DNA of 64,000 bases from Candidatus Latescibacterota bacterium (lineage in GTDB: Bacteria; Latescibacterota; UBA2968; UBA8231). Position 1 is the first letter of the stretch. Every line of letters begins with the position of its first letter. The translations under genes and the position numbers were made by a program. The stretch lies in NCBI GenBank assembly GCA_965197905.1, contig CBDAOB010000004.1, positions 1,184,001 to 1,248,000 on the forward strand, given 5' to 3'. This document shows, in pieces, positions 31,636 through 41,837 of this stretch. Under the pieces are notes generated by a model. The model made no database searches, was not told the origin of the DNA, and saw only the letters and a program-made list of their open reading frames with translations.

Positions 31636-32763
31636 TTGCTCACCGAAACATCTCGATACGCCGACTTTCCCTCCCTTCGCGAACAGTCGTATCTGAATAC
31701 CGCAGCGGAGGGGATCCCACCCAAGGCCGTCGTCGAGGCACTTGCCCAGTACGGCAAGGACAAGATGCTGGGGATGGACGGCCGTCCACTGCACGAGGAA
31801 CAGCGACGGCAGGCGCGGGAGCAGACCGCCACGGCGTTCGGCTTGAGCCCTGAGGAGATTGGCATCTGCTCTTGCACCTCCGAGGCGTTCAACCTGGCGA
31901 ATCTGGCGTTGGGACTGCAAAACGGAGACGAGGTCGTCATCTCCGATCTCGACTTTCCCGCCACAGCGACGCCCTGGCTGCAGCCGAGCTGCCCAGCCAC
32001 GGCCAGGGTATGGCGCGCCCGCGACGGTGCGTTACTGCTTGAGGACCTGGACCAGCTGATAGGACCTCAGACCCGCCTGGTAACGGTATCGCTGGTCAGT
32101 TTCTTCAACGGATTCCGCGTCTCCGTTCCCCAGATCGCCGAACACGTGCACACCCGGTCGGCCGCGCTGCTCGCCGTCGATGTCACCCAAGCCCTGGGAC
32201 GAATCCCCCTGCGATTGGAAGGAGCCGACTTGATCGTCAGCTCGACCCACAAATGGATCCTCTCAACCCACGGTGGCGGACTGGTGGGCGTGCCAAAAGC
32301 ACGCACAAAGGAGTGGACGGTGCCGGCGGGAGGTTGGTTTAATCTGGACGATCCGTTTCTGCGCGAAGACCGACTCGACCGGGCGGTCAGCCTCCCCGGC
32401 GCCGACAGCTTTTCGGTGGGCATGCCCAACTATGGGGCCATATACGCAGCCAACGCCGCGCTGGGTTACATCCAATCCGTGGGCAGCGAGGCGATCGATG
32501 CCTATTGCAAACCGCTGGTCGAGGCTTGTCTGCAAGGGATCGCCAAACTTCCGGTGGAGCTACTGACACCGCTTCAGCCCGAAGCGGTGGCCGGCATTCT
32601 AGCGTTTCGCCACCCCGATGCGGAGAAAATCAACGGAGCTCTGCACGACCAGAACATCCATATCATGAGCCACGCAGGCCGTCTTCGGGTGGCCATCCAC
32701 GGATACAACACCATGGACGATATAGATGTCTTGCTCGGAGCGTTACGCAGGGTGATAGGTTAA
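31636..32763 (+). CDS. Aminotransferase class V-fold PLP enzyme
   Basis: YLNTAA, VDVTQALG, SSTHKW, LRVAIHGYN motifs. Confidence 0.85.
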   Translation: MLTETSRYADFPSLREQSYLNTAAEGIPPKAVVEALAQYGKDKMLGMDGRPLHEEQRRQAREQTATAFGLSPEEIGICSCTSEAFNLANLALGLQNGDEVVISDLDFPATATPWLQPSCPATARVWRARDGALLLEDLDQLIGPQTRLVTVSLVSFFNGFRVSVPQIAEHVHTRSAALLAVDVTQALGRIPLRLEGADLIVSSTHKWILSTHGGGLVGVPKARTKEWTVPAGGWFNLDDPFLREDRLDRAVSLPGADSFSVGMPNYGAIYAANAALGYIQSVGSEAIDAYCKPLVEACLQGIAKLPVELLTPLQPEAVAGILAFRHPDAEKINGALHDQNIHIMSHAGRLRVAIHGYNTMDDIDVLLGALRRVIG

Positions 32764-32767
32764 GTCT

Positions 32768-33079
32768 CTAGCTCGCCATCCCCAGAAGTGCGTCCAGCTT
32801 TCCCGCCCGATCCAGATCGAACAGGGTGTCGTCGTCGCCGACATGCTCGCCGTTGACGAAGATCTGTGGGACTTCGTATTCACCTTGGGTCCGGCGGTGC
32901 ATTTCGCGAAAGTTTCGCGTGGGAGGTTTCCATCCCAGTATCATCCATACATGGGTCTGCTGGTAGGGAATCCCCTTGCGGTTCAGCAACCACTTCACTT
33001 TCCAACACCACACACACATGGGAGACCAGTAGATCTGCACGTGGGCCGCGTTCGCTGTCTGTTCACGTGGAGTGGTCAA
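32768..33079 (-). CDS. Glutaredoxin (Grx3-like)
   Basis: CVWC, VPQIFVNGEHVG..D.L..LD..GKLD motifs; TTG start inferred. Confidence 0.85.
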   Translation of the reverse strand: MTTPREQTANAAHVQIYWSPMCVWCWKVKWLLNRKGIPYQQTHVWMILGWKPPTRNFREMHRRTQGEYEVPQIFVNGEHVGDDDTLFDLDRAGKLDALLGMAS

Positions 33080-33090
33080 AAAACAGCGCC

Positions 33091-34269
33091 TCAGCGCCCG
33101 TAGATGATGTTTTCCCGGCGAAACAGTCGAGCCGTCACCGCGACGCACACAAACCCGATCACGAGTGAGGAAAATCCCGCCAGGATAAAAAATCCGAAGC
33201 TTGCCGTTTCCCCTTGGAGGACCTTGGTCATCAGGGCTTGTTGGCCGAGCACGGGTATGGGATACATCCAGCTCTCGACGCTAGCCGCTTTTACGAGGAA
33301 CGCAATAACCGGAATCATCGGCACCAGCATCATTAGCGATAGGTAGGTCTGGGCTTCCTTGAAAGAGCGTGCGAAGCTGGAGATGAGAATTTGGAGCCCG
33401 GTTGCCAGCAACGCCATCGGTAGCGTGGCCGCCAGTACCCCGACGACTTCGAACGTTCCGAGGTTGAAACGCAGCCCCAATTCGGGAAGCGGCACGAACC
33501 GCAACGCGACGACCATGCCCGCAAACGTCAAGGCGATGCCGGATACCGAGAACGCGACGGCGGCCAGCCATTTGCCTAGCACGATAGCCAGGCGCGGCAC
33601 GGGGTTCACCAGCAGGCTCTCCAGGGATTCCCGCTCCCGCTCCCCTGCGGTGGTGTCGATGGCGACGTTCATACCAGCCATGAAGGCGGCCATCAATACG
33701 TACATGGGGATAAACAGCAGGATCCGCGCCGAGAGTTTCTGGGCGCTGGCGATTTCAACCTTGTTCAGTGCGATGGGTCGCACGATCTGCGGGCTTACGC
33801 CGCGCGCGATGAGCCGGAGTGTAGCTATGGTCTTCTCGTACGCTGTAATAGCTTCGCGAAGCTTTCGTTTCTCCGGGTCGCCTTCATCGTGTGAGCTGTC
33901 GACGATCATCTCCAATTCGACAGTGCGGCCCCGGGCGAATTTCTCGGCGAAATCCTCCGGGATAACCAGCACGTGGTCCACCTCGCGCTCACGCACAGCG
34001 AGATACGGATCGGCGGGACCTTGCACGGCGTGAATGTCTCTTTGCTGCAGCCAATCAATCAGCGCCGGCGCGTATTGGGCTCCCACTACGGGCACCTCCA
34101 CGCGGCCGGGTTCGCGCGTCTTGTCGGCCATCAAGTCGAACATGAAGATGATCATGGCCGGGATCAGCAGCGGGAACATGAGTGTGGAGAAGACCGAGCG
34201 TCGATCGCGCAGGCCGTCGATCAGCTCCTTGCGCAAGACCACGAGAACGAAGGAGGTGAGGGAGCTCAT
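33091..34269 (-). CDS. ABC-2 permease (NatB-like)
   Basis: KEL.D.LRDRR, AGERER.SLESLL..P, ARSFKEAQ motifs. Confidence 0.9.
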   Translation of the reverse strand: MSSLTSFVLVVLRKELIDGLRDRRSVFSTLMFPLLIPAMIIFMFDLMADKTREPGRVEVPVVGAQYAPALIDWLQQRDIHAVQGPADPYLAVREREVDHVLVIPEDFAEKFARGRTVELEMIVDSSHDEGDPEKRKLREAITAYEKTIATLRLIARGVSPQIVRPIALNKVEIASAQKLSARILLFIPMYVLMAAFMAGMNVAIDTTAGERERESLESLLVNPVPRLAIVLGKWLAAVAFSVSGIALTFAGMVVALRFVPLPELGLRFNLGTFEVVGVLAATLPMALLATGLQILISSFARSFKEAQTYLSLMMLVPMIPVIAFLVKAASVESWMYPIPVLGQQALMTKVLQGETASFGFFILAGFSSLVIGFVCVAVTARLFRRENIIYGR

Positions 34270-34997
34270 TCCACCGCCTCGTCGATTCCGGTGAGTACCA
34301 CGAAGGCGTCCTCGAGGTTGCGGTGTCCGGTCTGTTCTAGCAGTTCTTCCGGGGCTCCTTGGGCGGCGATAGTGCCGCCGGCCATGATCACGATGTGGTC
34401 GCAGAGGGTCGAGACTTCCTGCATGACGTGGCTGGAGAACAGCACGCAATGGCCCGCGTCCCGCAACGTGCGGATCAATCGCCGCACGGCACGGGTGCTC
34501 TGTACATCGAGACCATTGGTGGGCTCGTCCAGCATCAGGTTGTTCGGCCCGTGCACCAACGCCCGGGCGAGAAAAACCTTCATGCGTTCCCCGTGGGAGA
34601 ACCCCTGTGCCCTACGGTCGGCGATTTCGTTCATCTCCAGAAGCTGGATCAGTTCCTCTATTCTCTCTTCCAGGTCGGCGCCGGCCAATCCGTGCAGCTG
34701 ACCGAAATAGCGTATGTGCTCGCGGGCCGTCAGCCGTTGGTACAACCCCTGAGCGTCCGGCAAAACCCCGATGCGAGACTGTGCCGACAACGGTTCGAGA
34801 CCAACATCGATGCCGTCGATACGCATCTGACCTGCGTCCGGTTCGATGAGGCCGTAGAGCATGCGCAAAGTCGTGGTCTTGCCGGCGCCGTTAGGTCCCA
34901 GGAGCCCGGTGACAGATCCGTTCGCAGCGGTAAAGCTGGCGCCATCCACCGCGACGATCTCGCCGAAACGTTTTCGCAGCTGCTCGACTTCGATCAT
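34266..34997 (-). CDS. ABC ATP-binding protein (NatA-like)
   Basis: GPNGAGKTT, FSHGE, LDEPTNGLD, SSH motifs. Confidence 0.92.
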   Translation of the reverse strand: MIEVEQLRKRFGEIVAVDGASFTAANGSVTGLLGPNGAGKTTTLRMLYGLIEPDAGQMRIDGIDVGLEPLSAQSRIGVLPDAQGLYQRLTAREHIRYFGQLHGLAGADLEERIEELIQLLEMNEIADRRAQGFSHGERMKVFLARALVHGPNNLMLDEPTNGLDVQSTRAVRRLIRTLRDAGHCVLFSSHVMQEVSTLCDHIVIMAGGTIAAQGAPEELLEQTGHRNLEDAFVVLTGIDEAVE

Positions 34998-36475
34998 TTG
35001 TTCTCGGACACCACAGGGCCCGTAGGGCTGTTGAAGAACGGCATTCGGTGCAGGTCTTCGACGCAGCTGGTATCGAGACTGTCGGCACTCGCCGCGTTTA
35101 CGAACTCGAGAATGAGCTCGGGGACACACCCTTTAGCCAGGGTTCCATGGGCAACCCCTGGTACGATAACGTGGCGCGCGTTTGACAGGTGTCCGGCTAC
35201 CTGCTCGCCCCATCGGGGTGGCGTAACCGGATCGACATCGCCGGAAAGCACCAGGGCAGGAATCTCCGAACCGATCGGCTCGTGATAACCTTGTGGCAGC
35301 TCTCCCCGCGGCCAGTTTCCGCAGGACTCGCGGAAGCGCTCGACAAGCGCACCCTTCAGAAAGCTTTCGGGGTGCGTCTCCACCGCGACCCGGGGGAAGT
35401 CCTCGGAGCACAATACCGAAAGGAGCATTCCGGTACTGAACTTTTGTTCGATGCCGTCAAAAGCGGAGGACATGGTAATCAGAGGTTGAAAGTCTCCGGC
35501 GTAAGCACGGTCGATCAGAAGGGGCAGCAGGGAAGTCAATTCCGCGTTGTAAAGGACGGCGCGGACGAGGGTGGCGACAATCTCCCGCTGCATGACGGTG
35601 GTGGTTTCCTCGCCAGAAAAAGGATCAGCCAGGGAAACCTTCTCGGGATCCTGCTCCAGTCTATCTAGAAGGTCGTAAAACTTGGCTTCGAGATCGGGGA
35701 AGGTTTTGTTGCAGTTGGGGTCGCGCTGGCAATCAGCAAGCATCTTGTCCAGGGCACGTTGGCTGTCCTCGCCGAAATGTTCGGGAATAGCCATGTCGGT
35801 CGGGGCTACACCATCTAGGACTGCCGAACGCACCTGCTCTCCGTGACGGCGCATATACTCCAGCCCTGCCCGCGTCCCGTAAGATCCCCCGTACAGGTTT
35901 ATCTTTTCATAGCCCAGCGCCACCCTCACCTCGTCCAGATCGTCCATCGCAATGGGTGTGGTGTAGAGCTTCAGATTTGCATTGGCAGCGAGGCTGTCGG
36001 CACAAGCCTGTAGAAATCCGAGGTCGGGCTGGACCTCGAAGCGAGCCGCAAAATCGAGATCGTACTCGCAGTTCAAGGGATTGGAGGATCCGGTACCCCG
36101 TTGATCCACCAGAACGATGTCGCGCTCGCGATTCAGCTTCTTAAAAACCTTGCGGATCCCCTTGACCAAGTCGGTTGCTCCCATTCCTGGTCCGCCGGCG
36201 AGGAAGAAGAAGGGATCCGGCTTAGAATTGCTTTTTAGTGCGGGTAGAACAACTACGTTCAGCGAGATGGTGCGACCGCTGCGGCTCTCGCGGTCCTCGA
36301 ACACCTCTACCTGGCCGCATTGAGCTATGGATACACCCATTTCTCGAGCGCAATCGGTCAGCTCAACAGTGGGTGTTGGTTTCGAGACGGAGGGAGCGGT
36401 GCAACCAACAACGGCCATCACCACCGCTGCTCCCAGTGGGATCATCATCGACATGGTCGGACGCAGTGCAGTCAA
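34994..36475 (-). CDS. TAP-like alpha/beta hydrolase lipoprotein
   Basis: VVGC lipobox-like, AGGPG, DQRGTG, GGSYG, DPVTP, H triad. Confidence 0.88.
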   Translation of the reverse strand: MTALRPTMSMMIPLGAAVVMAVVGCTAPSVSKPTPTVELTDCAREMGVSIAQCGQVEVFEDRESRSGRTISLNVVVLPALKSNSKPDPFFFLAGGPGMGATDLVKGIRKVFKKLNRERDIVLVDQRGTGSSNPLNCEYDLDFAARFEVQPDLGFLQACADSLAANANLKLYTTPIAMDDLDEVRVALGYEKINLYGGSYGTRAGLEYMRRHGEQVRSAVLDGVAPTDMAIPEHFGEDSQRALDKMLADCQRDPNCNKTFPDLEAKFYDLLDRLEQDPEKVSLADPFSGEETTTVMQREIVATLVRAVLYNAELTSLLPLLIDRAYAGDFQPLITMSSAFDGIEQKFSTGMLLSVLCSEDFPRVAVETHPESFLKGALVERFRESCGNWPRGELPQGYHEPIGSEIPALVLSGDVDPVTPPRWGEQVAGHLSNARHVIVPGVAHGTLAKGCVPELILEFVNAASADSLDTSCVEDLHRMPFFNSPTGPVVSENK

Positions 36476-36479
36476 TCCG

Positions 36480-36626
36480 TTACTCGGTCCAGAAAGCGAA
36501 GAGGTCAGCGTTGCGAAGCTGGAACCGCAGTCGCACGGTCTGACCGATCTGCGCGTAGGTCGTGTGGTTCAAGTACCCGATGGCCCGGGCGACAATCACC
36601 GATAAGATGTATCTGCTCCTTCTCAT
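36480..36626 (-). pseudogene. Collapsed remnant of a secreted protein (leader joined to a C-terminal stub)
   Basis: MRRSRYILSVIVARAIGYLNHTTYAQI followed by GQTVRLRFQLRNADLFAFWTE*, a C-terminal motif I associate with long secreted beta-propeller-type proteins. Confidence 0.5.
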
Positions 36627-36732
36627 TCCATTCTCATTGGAGATGGCTGTCTGGGTCCTGGCAAACGTGCCCGTGCCTTCGACGCTTGTGCCCCAGGGGC
36701 ACTCGATAGCTCTATAGAGCAATGTGAGGATT

Positions 36733-37143
36733 TCAGTTCGAATCGCGAGATTTCTCGTCGAAATCAAGTGACGCGGAATTCATGCAGTAACGTTGACCGG
36801 TAGGCTGGGGACCATCCGGAAAGAGATGCCCGAGATGGGCGTCGCATTTGCTGCAAAGCACCTCCGTGCGTGTCATGCCATGGCTGCGGTCGGTTTTCTC
36901 CGCCACGCAATCGTCGGCGATCGGCTTCCAGAAGCTTGGCCACCCGGTGCCAGACTCGAACTTGGCGTCGGAGGCGAACAGGGACTGGCCGCAGCAGACA
37001 CAGGTGTAGGTGCCGGCCTGTTTGGAGTCGTGGTATTTCCCCGTAAACGGCCGCTCGGTCCCCTTTTGGCGGGTGACATGGTATTGCTCATCCGTCAGCT
37101 GCTGGCGCCATTCTGCTTCACTCTTCTCGATTTTATCACTCAC
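36733..37143 (-). CDS. msrB: Peptide-methionine (R)-S-oxide reductase
   Basis: [33 protein letters not shown] motifs (Cys form). Confidence 0.97.
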   Translation of the reverse strand: MSDKIEKSEAEWRQQLTDEQYHVTRQKGTERPFTGKYHDSKQAGTYTCVCCGQSLFASDAKFESGTGWPSFWKPIADDCVAEKTDRSHGMTRTEVLCSKCDAHLGHLFPDGPQPTGQRYCMNSASLDFDEKSRDSN

Positions 37144-37159
37144 AGTATCATGGATTCCT

Positions 37160-38488
37160 TCAGCTCACGAGCCGGCGGAATACGTCCTGCTTGGTGTCGC
37201 ACTCCAAAAGGCGGTCCAGATCGCCGCTGTCGAGACCGGACTTGATCACTTCCATCGACTCTTTGGCCGCTACCACGGTTTCCTGGATGTCTTCGTCGGT
37301 GTGCGCCAGGGTGGAGATGAAACTCAAGCCGAAACAGCCGCGCTTGCACATCTCCTGCATGAACAGAGTCGATACCTTGGGTGCGAGAGACGGATCGGGA
37401 GGATCGAAGGTGATCGCCGGGTGCAGACCTGCGCACCGACCCTTCAAGCCCGACGCCTCGATCGCGCCGTTCAACGCATCGGTCACCTTCTTGTTGAGCT
37501 CAGCGAAGCGCTCTGTGGAGTTTCGCCGTTTGAGCTCGCGAATGGTGGTGACGGACGCGGCCAGGCCAACATTGTCGCTCCAGTAGGAGCTGGACAGGAA
37601 CATGCGTGCGGCCGGCTCCATCGCTTCGCGTGAACCGACGATCGCTCCCATCGGATAGCCGTTCGATATCGCTTTCGCCAACACCGTCATGTCGGGAGTG
37701 ACCCCAACGACCTCCTGAACGCCACCCAGCGAGATCCGCCAGCCGCAGGACACCTCGTCGAAGATCAGTATGACATCGTGCTCGCGCGCAAGTGCTTGAA
37801 CAGCTTCGAGGTATCCGGGCTCGGGCAGTTTGGAGCGCGCCGGCTCCATCATGATGGCAGCCACCTCGCCATGGTTCTCTTTCAGCAGATTCTCCAGCAT
37901 CTCCAGGTCACCGTAGACAAACGGAATCGCCGTGCCGGCCAGCACCCGCGGAACACCGATGGGCTCGATGCCTGAGAAAGGGAACTCTCCGCTGTCGGGA
38001 TCCACCAGATAATTGGCCGATTGGTACCAGTCATGCCAGCCATGATACCCACAGAAGAGAATCTTGTCTCGATTCTTGGTGCCGCGGGCGATGCGCACGG
38101 CGACGGCGCACGCTTCACCGCCGCTCCGCGTGTAGCGACACATCTCCGCACTCGGGATGGTCTCCACCAGCAGTCGCGCCAGTTCCACCTCAAGGGGATT
38201 GTTCACCGAAAAAAGGCTGCCGCGGTCGATCTGTTCTTTTACCGCGGCATTCACGACCTCATCGGCATGGCCGAGAATGACGGCGGTAAAACAGCTGAGC
38301 CAGTCGATATATTCGTTGCCGTCCACGTCGACAAAGCGCGATCCTTTGGCACGTTCGGCGTAATTCGGGCTGACACCGCTGGCATACATGTAGGCTCGGC
38401 GCCCAATGAGCTGGGTGTGGCCCGGTATGAGCTCTCCGGCCTCCTTGTAGATCTCGGTGGAACGTGCTATCCCTTTGTACCCAGACAA
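37160..38488 (-). CDS. Class III aminotransferase (GSA-aminomutase-like), paralog 2
   Basis: [29 protein letters not shown] motifs. Confidence 0.9.
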   Translation of the reverse strand: MSGYKGIARSTEIYKEAGELIPGHTQLIGRRAYMYASGVSPNYAERAKGSRFVDVDGNEYIDWLSCFTAVILGHADEVVNAAVKEQIDRGSLFSVNNPLEVELARLLVETIPSAEMCRYTRSGGEACAVAVRIARGTKNRDKILFCGYHGWHDWYQSANYLVDPDSGEFPFSGIEPIGVPRVLAGTAIPFVYGDLEMLENLLKENHGEVAAIMMEPARSKLPEPGYLEAVQALAREHDVILIFDEVSCGWRISLGGVQEVVGVTPDMTVLAKAISNGYPMGAIVGSREAMEPAARMFLSSSYWSDNVGLAASVTTIRELKRRNSTERFAELNKKVTDALNGAIEASGLKGRCAGLHPAITFDPPDPSLAPKVSTLFMQEMCKRGCFGLSFISTLAHTDEDIQETVVAAKESMEVIKSGLDSGDLDRLLECDTKQDVFRRLVS

Positions 38489-38519
38489 TGCTGACTCCTT
38501 GATTTTAGGGTTTCGCTTG

Positions 38520-39857
38520 TTACGTGACTTGCCGGCGAAACGGATCCTCTTTCGTGTCGCAGACCAACAGACTCGCCACGTCGCCTTTGTCGAGCCCCGC
38601 TTTGATTACCTGCAGCGCCTCCGTGGCCGCGCGGGCGGTTATCTGCAGGTCCTCGTCGGTGTGGGCCATGTTTGCCTTGAACCCCATGTGGCAGTGAATT
38701 CCACGGCGCGCCATCTCCTGCACAAAGAGGGTCGAAATGGTCGGCTGCAAACTCGGATCAGGCAGTTCGAGCGAGATATTGACGTTGACGTGCAGGCCGG
38801 TGCAGTTCCCCGACAGGCCGGCGTTGGCGATCGCTTCATTCATCGCCGCACGCACCTTCTCTCCGTACTCCTGGAAGAACTGTTCGGAGTTTCTCCGCTT
38901 CAGTTCGCGGATCGTGGTGATAGCCGCCGTGAGACCTACATTGTCGCTCCAGTACGAGCTGGAGATGAACATGCGCGCGGCCGGCTCCATAACCTCCCTG
39001 CTGCCAACCACAGCCCCCATGGCGTAACCGTTTCCCATTGCCTTGGCCAGCGCCGTCATATCGGGGGTCACGCCGACAGCTTCTTGAATGCCGGCGATTC
39101 TGTAGCGCCACCCGCACGAAACCTCGTCGAAGATCAAAAAGGCATCGTTCTTGTGAGTTATCTCTTTCACCGCCTCCAGGTAGCCAGGCTTGGGGAGCTC
39201 GGAACGCGCCGGCTCCATCATAACCGCCGCCACTTCGCCTTTGTTCTCCTCGAACAAACGCTCCAACATCTCCAGGTTGCCATCACTGAACGGAATGGCC
39301 GTTCCCGCCAGCACCTTCGGTACTCCCGTCGGCTCGATTCCGGCAAAGGGGTACTCACCGCTCTCCGGATCGACCAGATAGTTGGCCGATTGGTACCAGT
39401 CGTGCCAACCGTGGTATCCGCAGAACAGAATCTTGTCTTTGTTGGCGGTGCCGCGGGCGATGCGCGCAGCCACCGCGCACGAGTCACCGCCGCCTTTGGT
39501 ATAACGGACCATCTCGGCGCTGGGAATCGTGGCGATCAGCTCTTCTGCCAGCTCCACCTCCAACGGATGGTTGACGGTGTAGAGGCTACCGCGATCGATC
39601 TGCTCTTTGACGGCCGTGTCCACAACTTCGTCCGCGTGCCCCAGGATGACGGCACCGACGCAGTTTATCCAGTCGATGAATTCGTTGCCGTCCACATCCA
39701 CGAATCGGGACCCCTTCGCACTCTGGGCGTAGACCGGATTGACGCCGTTGGCAAACTGGCTGGCGCGCCGGCTGATGAGCTGGGTCCAACCGGGTATGAT
39801 CTCGCCGGCCCTCTTGTAGAGCGCCATGGATTTCGATACATCGGGAAAATCGGACAT
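38520..39857 (-). CDS. Class III aminotransferase (GSA-aminomutase-like), paralog 1
   Basis: Same motifs as its neighbour, with AKAMGNG; the two share long identical peptide stretches. Confidence 0.9.
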   Translation of the reverse strand: MSDFPDVSKSMALYKRAGEIIPGWTQLISRRASQFANGVNPVYAQSAKGSRFVDVDGNEFIDWINCVGAVILGHADEVVDTAVKEQIDRGSLYTVNHPLEVELAEELIATIPSAEMVRYTKGGGDSCAVAARIARGTANKDKILFCGYHGWHDWYQSANYLVDPESGEYPFAGIEPTGVPKVLAGTAIPFSDGNLEMLERLFEENKGEVAAVMMEPARSELPKPGYLEAVKEITHKNDAFLIFDEVSCGWRYRIAGIQEAVGVTPDMTALAKAMGNGYAMGAVVGSREVMEPAARMFISSSYWSDNVGLTAAITTIRELKRRNSEQFFQEYGEKVRAAMNEAIANAGLSGNCTGLHVNVNISLELPDPSLQPTISTLFVQEMARRGIHCHMGFKANMAHTDEDLQITARAATEALQVIKAGLDKGDVASLLVCDTKEDPFRRQVT

Positions 39858-40039
39858 CGCAGGACTCCTTTCAGTTCAGTATCTCGCTGTAAATGGCAAC
39901 GGCATTCTCGGTTTCGAGCTCCACCGGATTCTGGCTCAGCAGGCGGTCGACACTCATGCCGATCTCCACCATCCGCGGAATGTCCTCCTTGCCCAAACCG
40001 GAAGATTCCAGCGACCCGAAGGGGGTGTGCTTGCGTCTG

Positions 40040-40663
40040 AGGTCTCTCTTGGAGGTTTCCACCATCCAGCTCCCCGCCAGGACGCGGAAGTCATTCGCGT
40101 TCCCAGTTCCGATCTTGGCTGCGCGCCGCAACCATTTGTACCACGCCCGTTGGGCGTGGTTGCCGAAGTCGCCTCAGCCTCACGAGGGCGGCGTGTTCGC
40201 AACCGGCTCGGCCGCACCAGTCGACGCCACGATCCGTCGGCGGCGCGACGTCCGCGTACATACGGCTCCGCCGCCAGTACCAGGTGAAACCGAGCAGGTC
40301 GAAGGTCCCAGGGCCTTTGCCCCTCACTTGCGTCCTCGATGGACGCTGGAAGGAGACCAGCCGGGTTTTGTTCGGCTGCAGCCTCAGGCCGAAGCGGTCC
40401 TGCCGAGCACTCTCACCCGCTCAGCGTCTTCGCGTAGCTCGAAACCAGTCATCTCGCGCCCCGGGGCCGAATCAGATCCTCGAACCACGTCATTTACCCA
40501 GCAGCGGGGAAAGCCCCGAGCCGCGTCCGGAGTCACAAACCCCATGTCTTCGCGACGAGCCGGTTGATCCTCGCAGATTGCAGTCCCGAAACAGGGGCTC
40601 GTACACTGCCTCCAACACCTCTCGTAGCGCCCCCTGCACAAGCTTGTCCTCGAAGCAGGAGAT
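40040..40663 (-). mobile_element. Degraded group II intron (RT/maturase fragments plus the 5' half of domain V)
   Basis: ISCFEDKLVQGALREVLEAVYEPLFRDC; WFEDLIRPR; GLRLQPNKTRL..F.RP..GPGTFDLLGFTWYW; AWYKWLRR; DV-like GAGCTGGATGGTGGAAACCTCC at 40072-40051. Confidence 0.85.
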
Positions 40664-41062
40664 GCGCCTCCGGCAGATTGTGCCTCATGACGCCGGGAAG
40701 CAACAGGGCCACTGCAGCGCCGTGGGGAACAGGACGCCCCTTCTCCTTGGAAACATTCTCGATGCCGTACCCCAGGGCATGTCCTGCGCCAGTGTTTATG
40801 TGACTCAGAAGGAATCCGGCAAGCATGCTGCAGAGCGCCATCTGGTGTCGCGCTTCGGGGTCATCGGCGCCGCGCTCGACAGCGCGCTCGAAACACGGAC
40901 ATCCAACCTTCAGCGCCTCCCGCGCCACCGCATCCCCAAGCGGGTTGCTCTTCTTGGAAGCGGTGCATTCCAACGCGTGACCGATGGCATCCAGACCGGT
41001 CACCGCCGTCAGTAGGGGCGGCATAGAAGCGGACAGTTGAGGATCGACGATGGCAACCCGGG

Positions 41063-41100
41063 GCCACTGCTTCTCGCTCATGCCACTGCTTCTCGCTCAT
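41063..41100. repeat. Perfect 19-bp tandem duplication
   Basis: GCCACTGCTTCTCGCTCAT occurs twice; it shifts the frame of the dehydrogenase. Confidence 0.95.
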
Positions 41101-41837
41101 GACCCCCTTCTTGCCATCCTTGCCGACGAATACAGCGCCGCGACTAACTTCGGCGCCGGTTCCCGCCGTGGTGGGAATCCCGATCAATGGCCATCGCGCC
41201 GGCGCGGGAAAGAGCTCGAATCCGAAATAGTCGGTGACCGAGCCGCCGACGGTCGCCACGCACAGTCCAGTCTTGGCGGTGTCCATGGTGCTGCCGCCGC
41301 CCAGGGCGACGAAGGCGTCGCACTCGATGCCGTTGGCGTACGCGGCAAAGCGGTCAACGCTTTCGATGGTGGGGTTCGGCACGATGTCGGTGTAGACATC
41401 CACCAGCTCGATGCCCGCCCCCTTGAGAACTTCAGCCACCGCTGCTTCCAGCGGTTTGATATCGGCGTCGCGGACCAGCACCACTCGACTCGCATTGAGC
41501 CTGGCGCACTCGGCACCGAGCTCCGACAGGGCCCCACCTCCGAAGAGAACCCGGCGGGTGTCGAACTGGAAGAAATCGGCAAGCTCGGCCAATCGCTGCT
41601 CATTGGAGAAATACTCCATGCCAGCGAAGATCTCCTGGTTTACCTGGAGTTTCGATTTTTTCAAAGTGCGCGTTTTCCTTTGGCGGATGCGGGTAGACAA
41701 GGTACTCATAATGAAAAAGACAGCCAATACGTTGAACTGAAGTGCGCCGGGAAGCAGATACAGATTGTCGACGGCGGGATTATGGGATAGTTTCGTGCGC
41801 GCGTTCGCCCGTAGACAGATCATAGAGGAGCGTGTTC

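Larger units (their letters stand above)
39871..41619 (-). pseudogene. Iron-containing alcohol dehydrogenase, disrupted
   Basis: LGGGSTMD, PTTAGTGAE, TGLDAIGHALE, GHALG and a C-terminal NP motif lie in three pieces, split by a 19-bp duplication and an intron relic. Confidence 0.85.

Noticed and set aside
40040..40663. Reverse transcriptase as a retron, DGR or defence RT
   Set aside because: Motifs are group II-type with a domain V remnant; YADD is absent; no TR/VR repeat pair or msr-msd seen.
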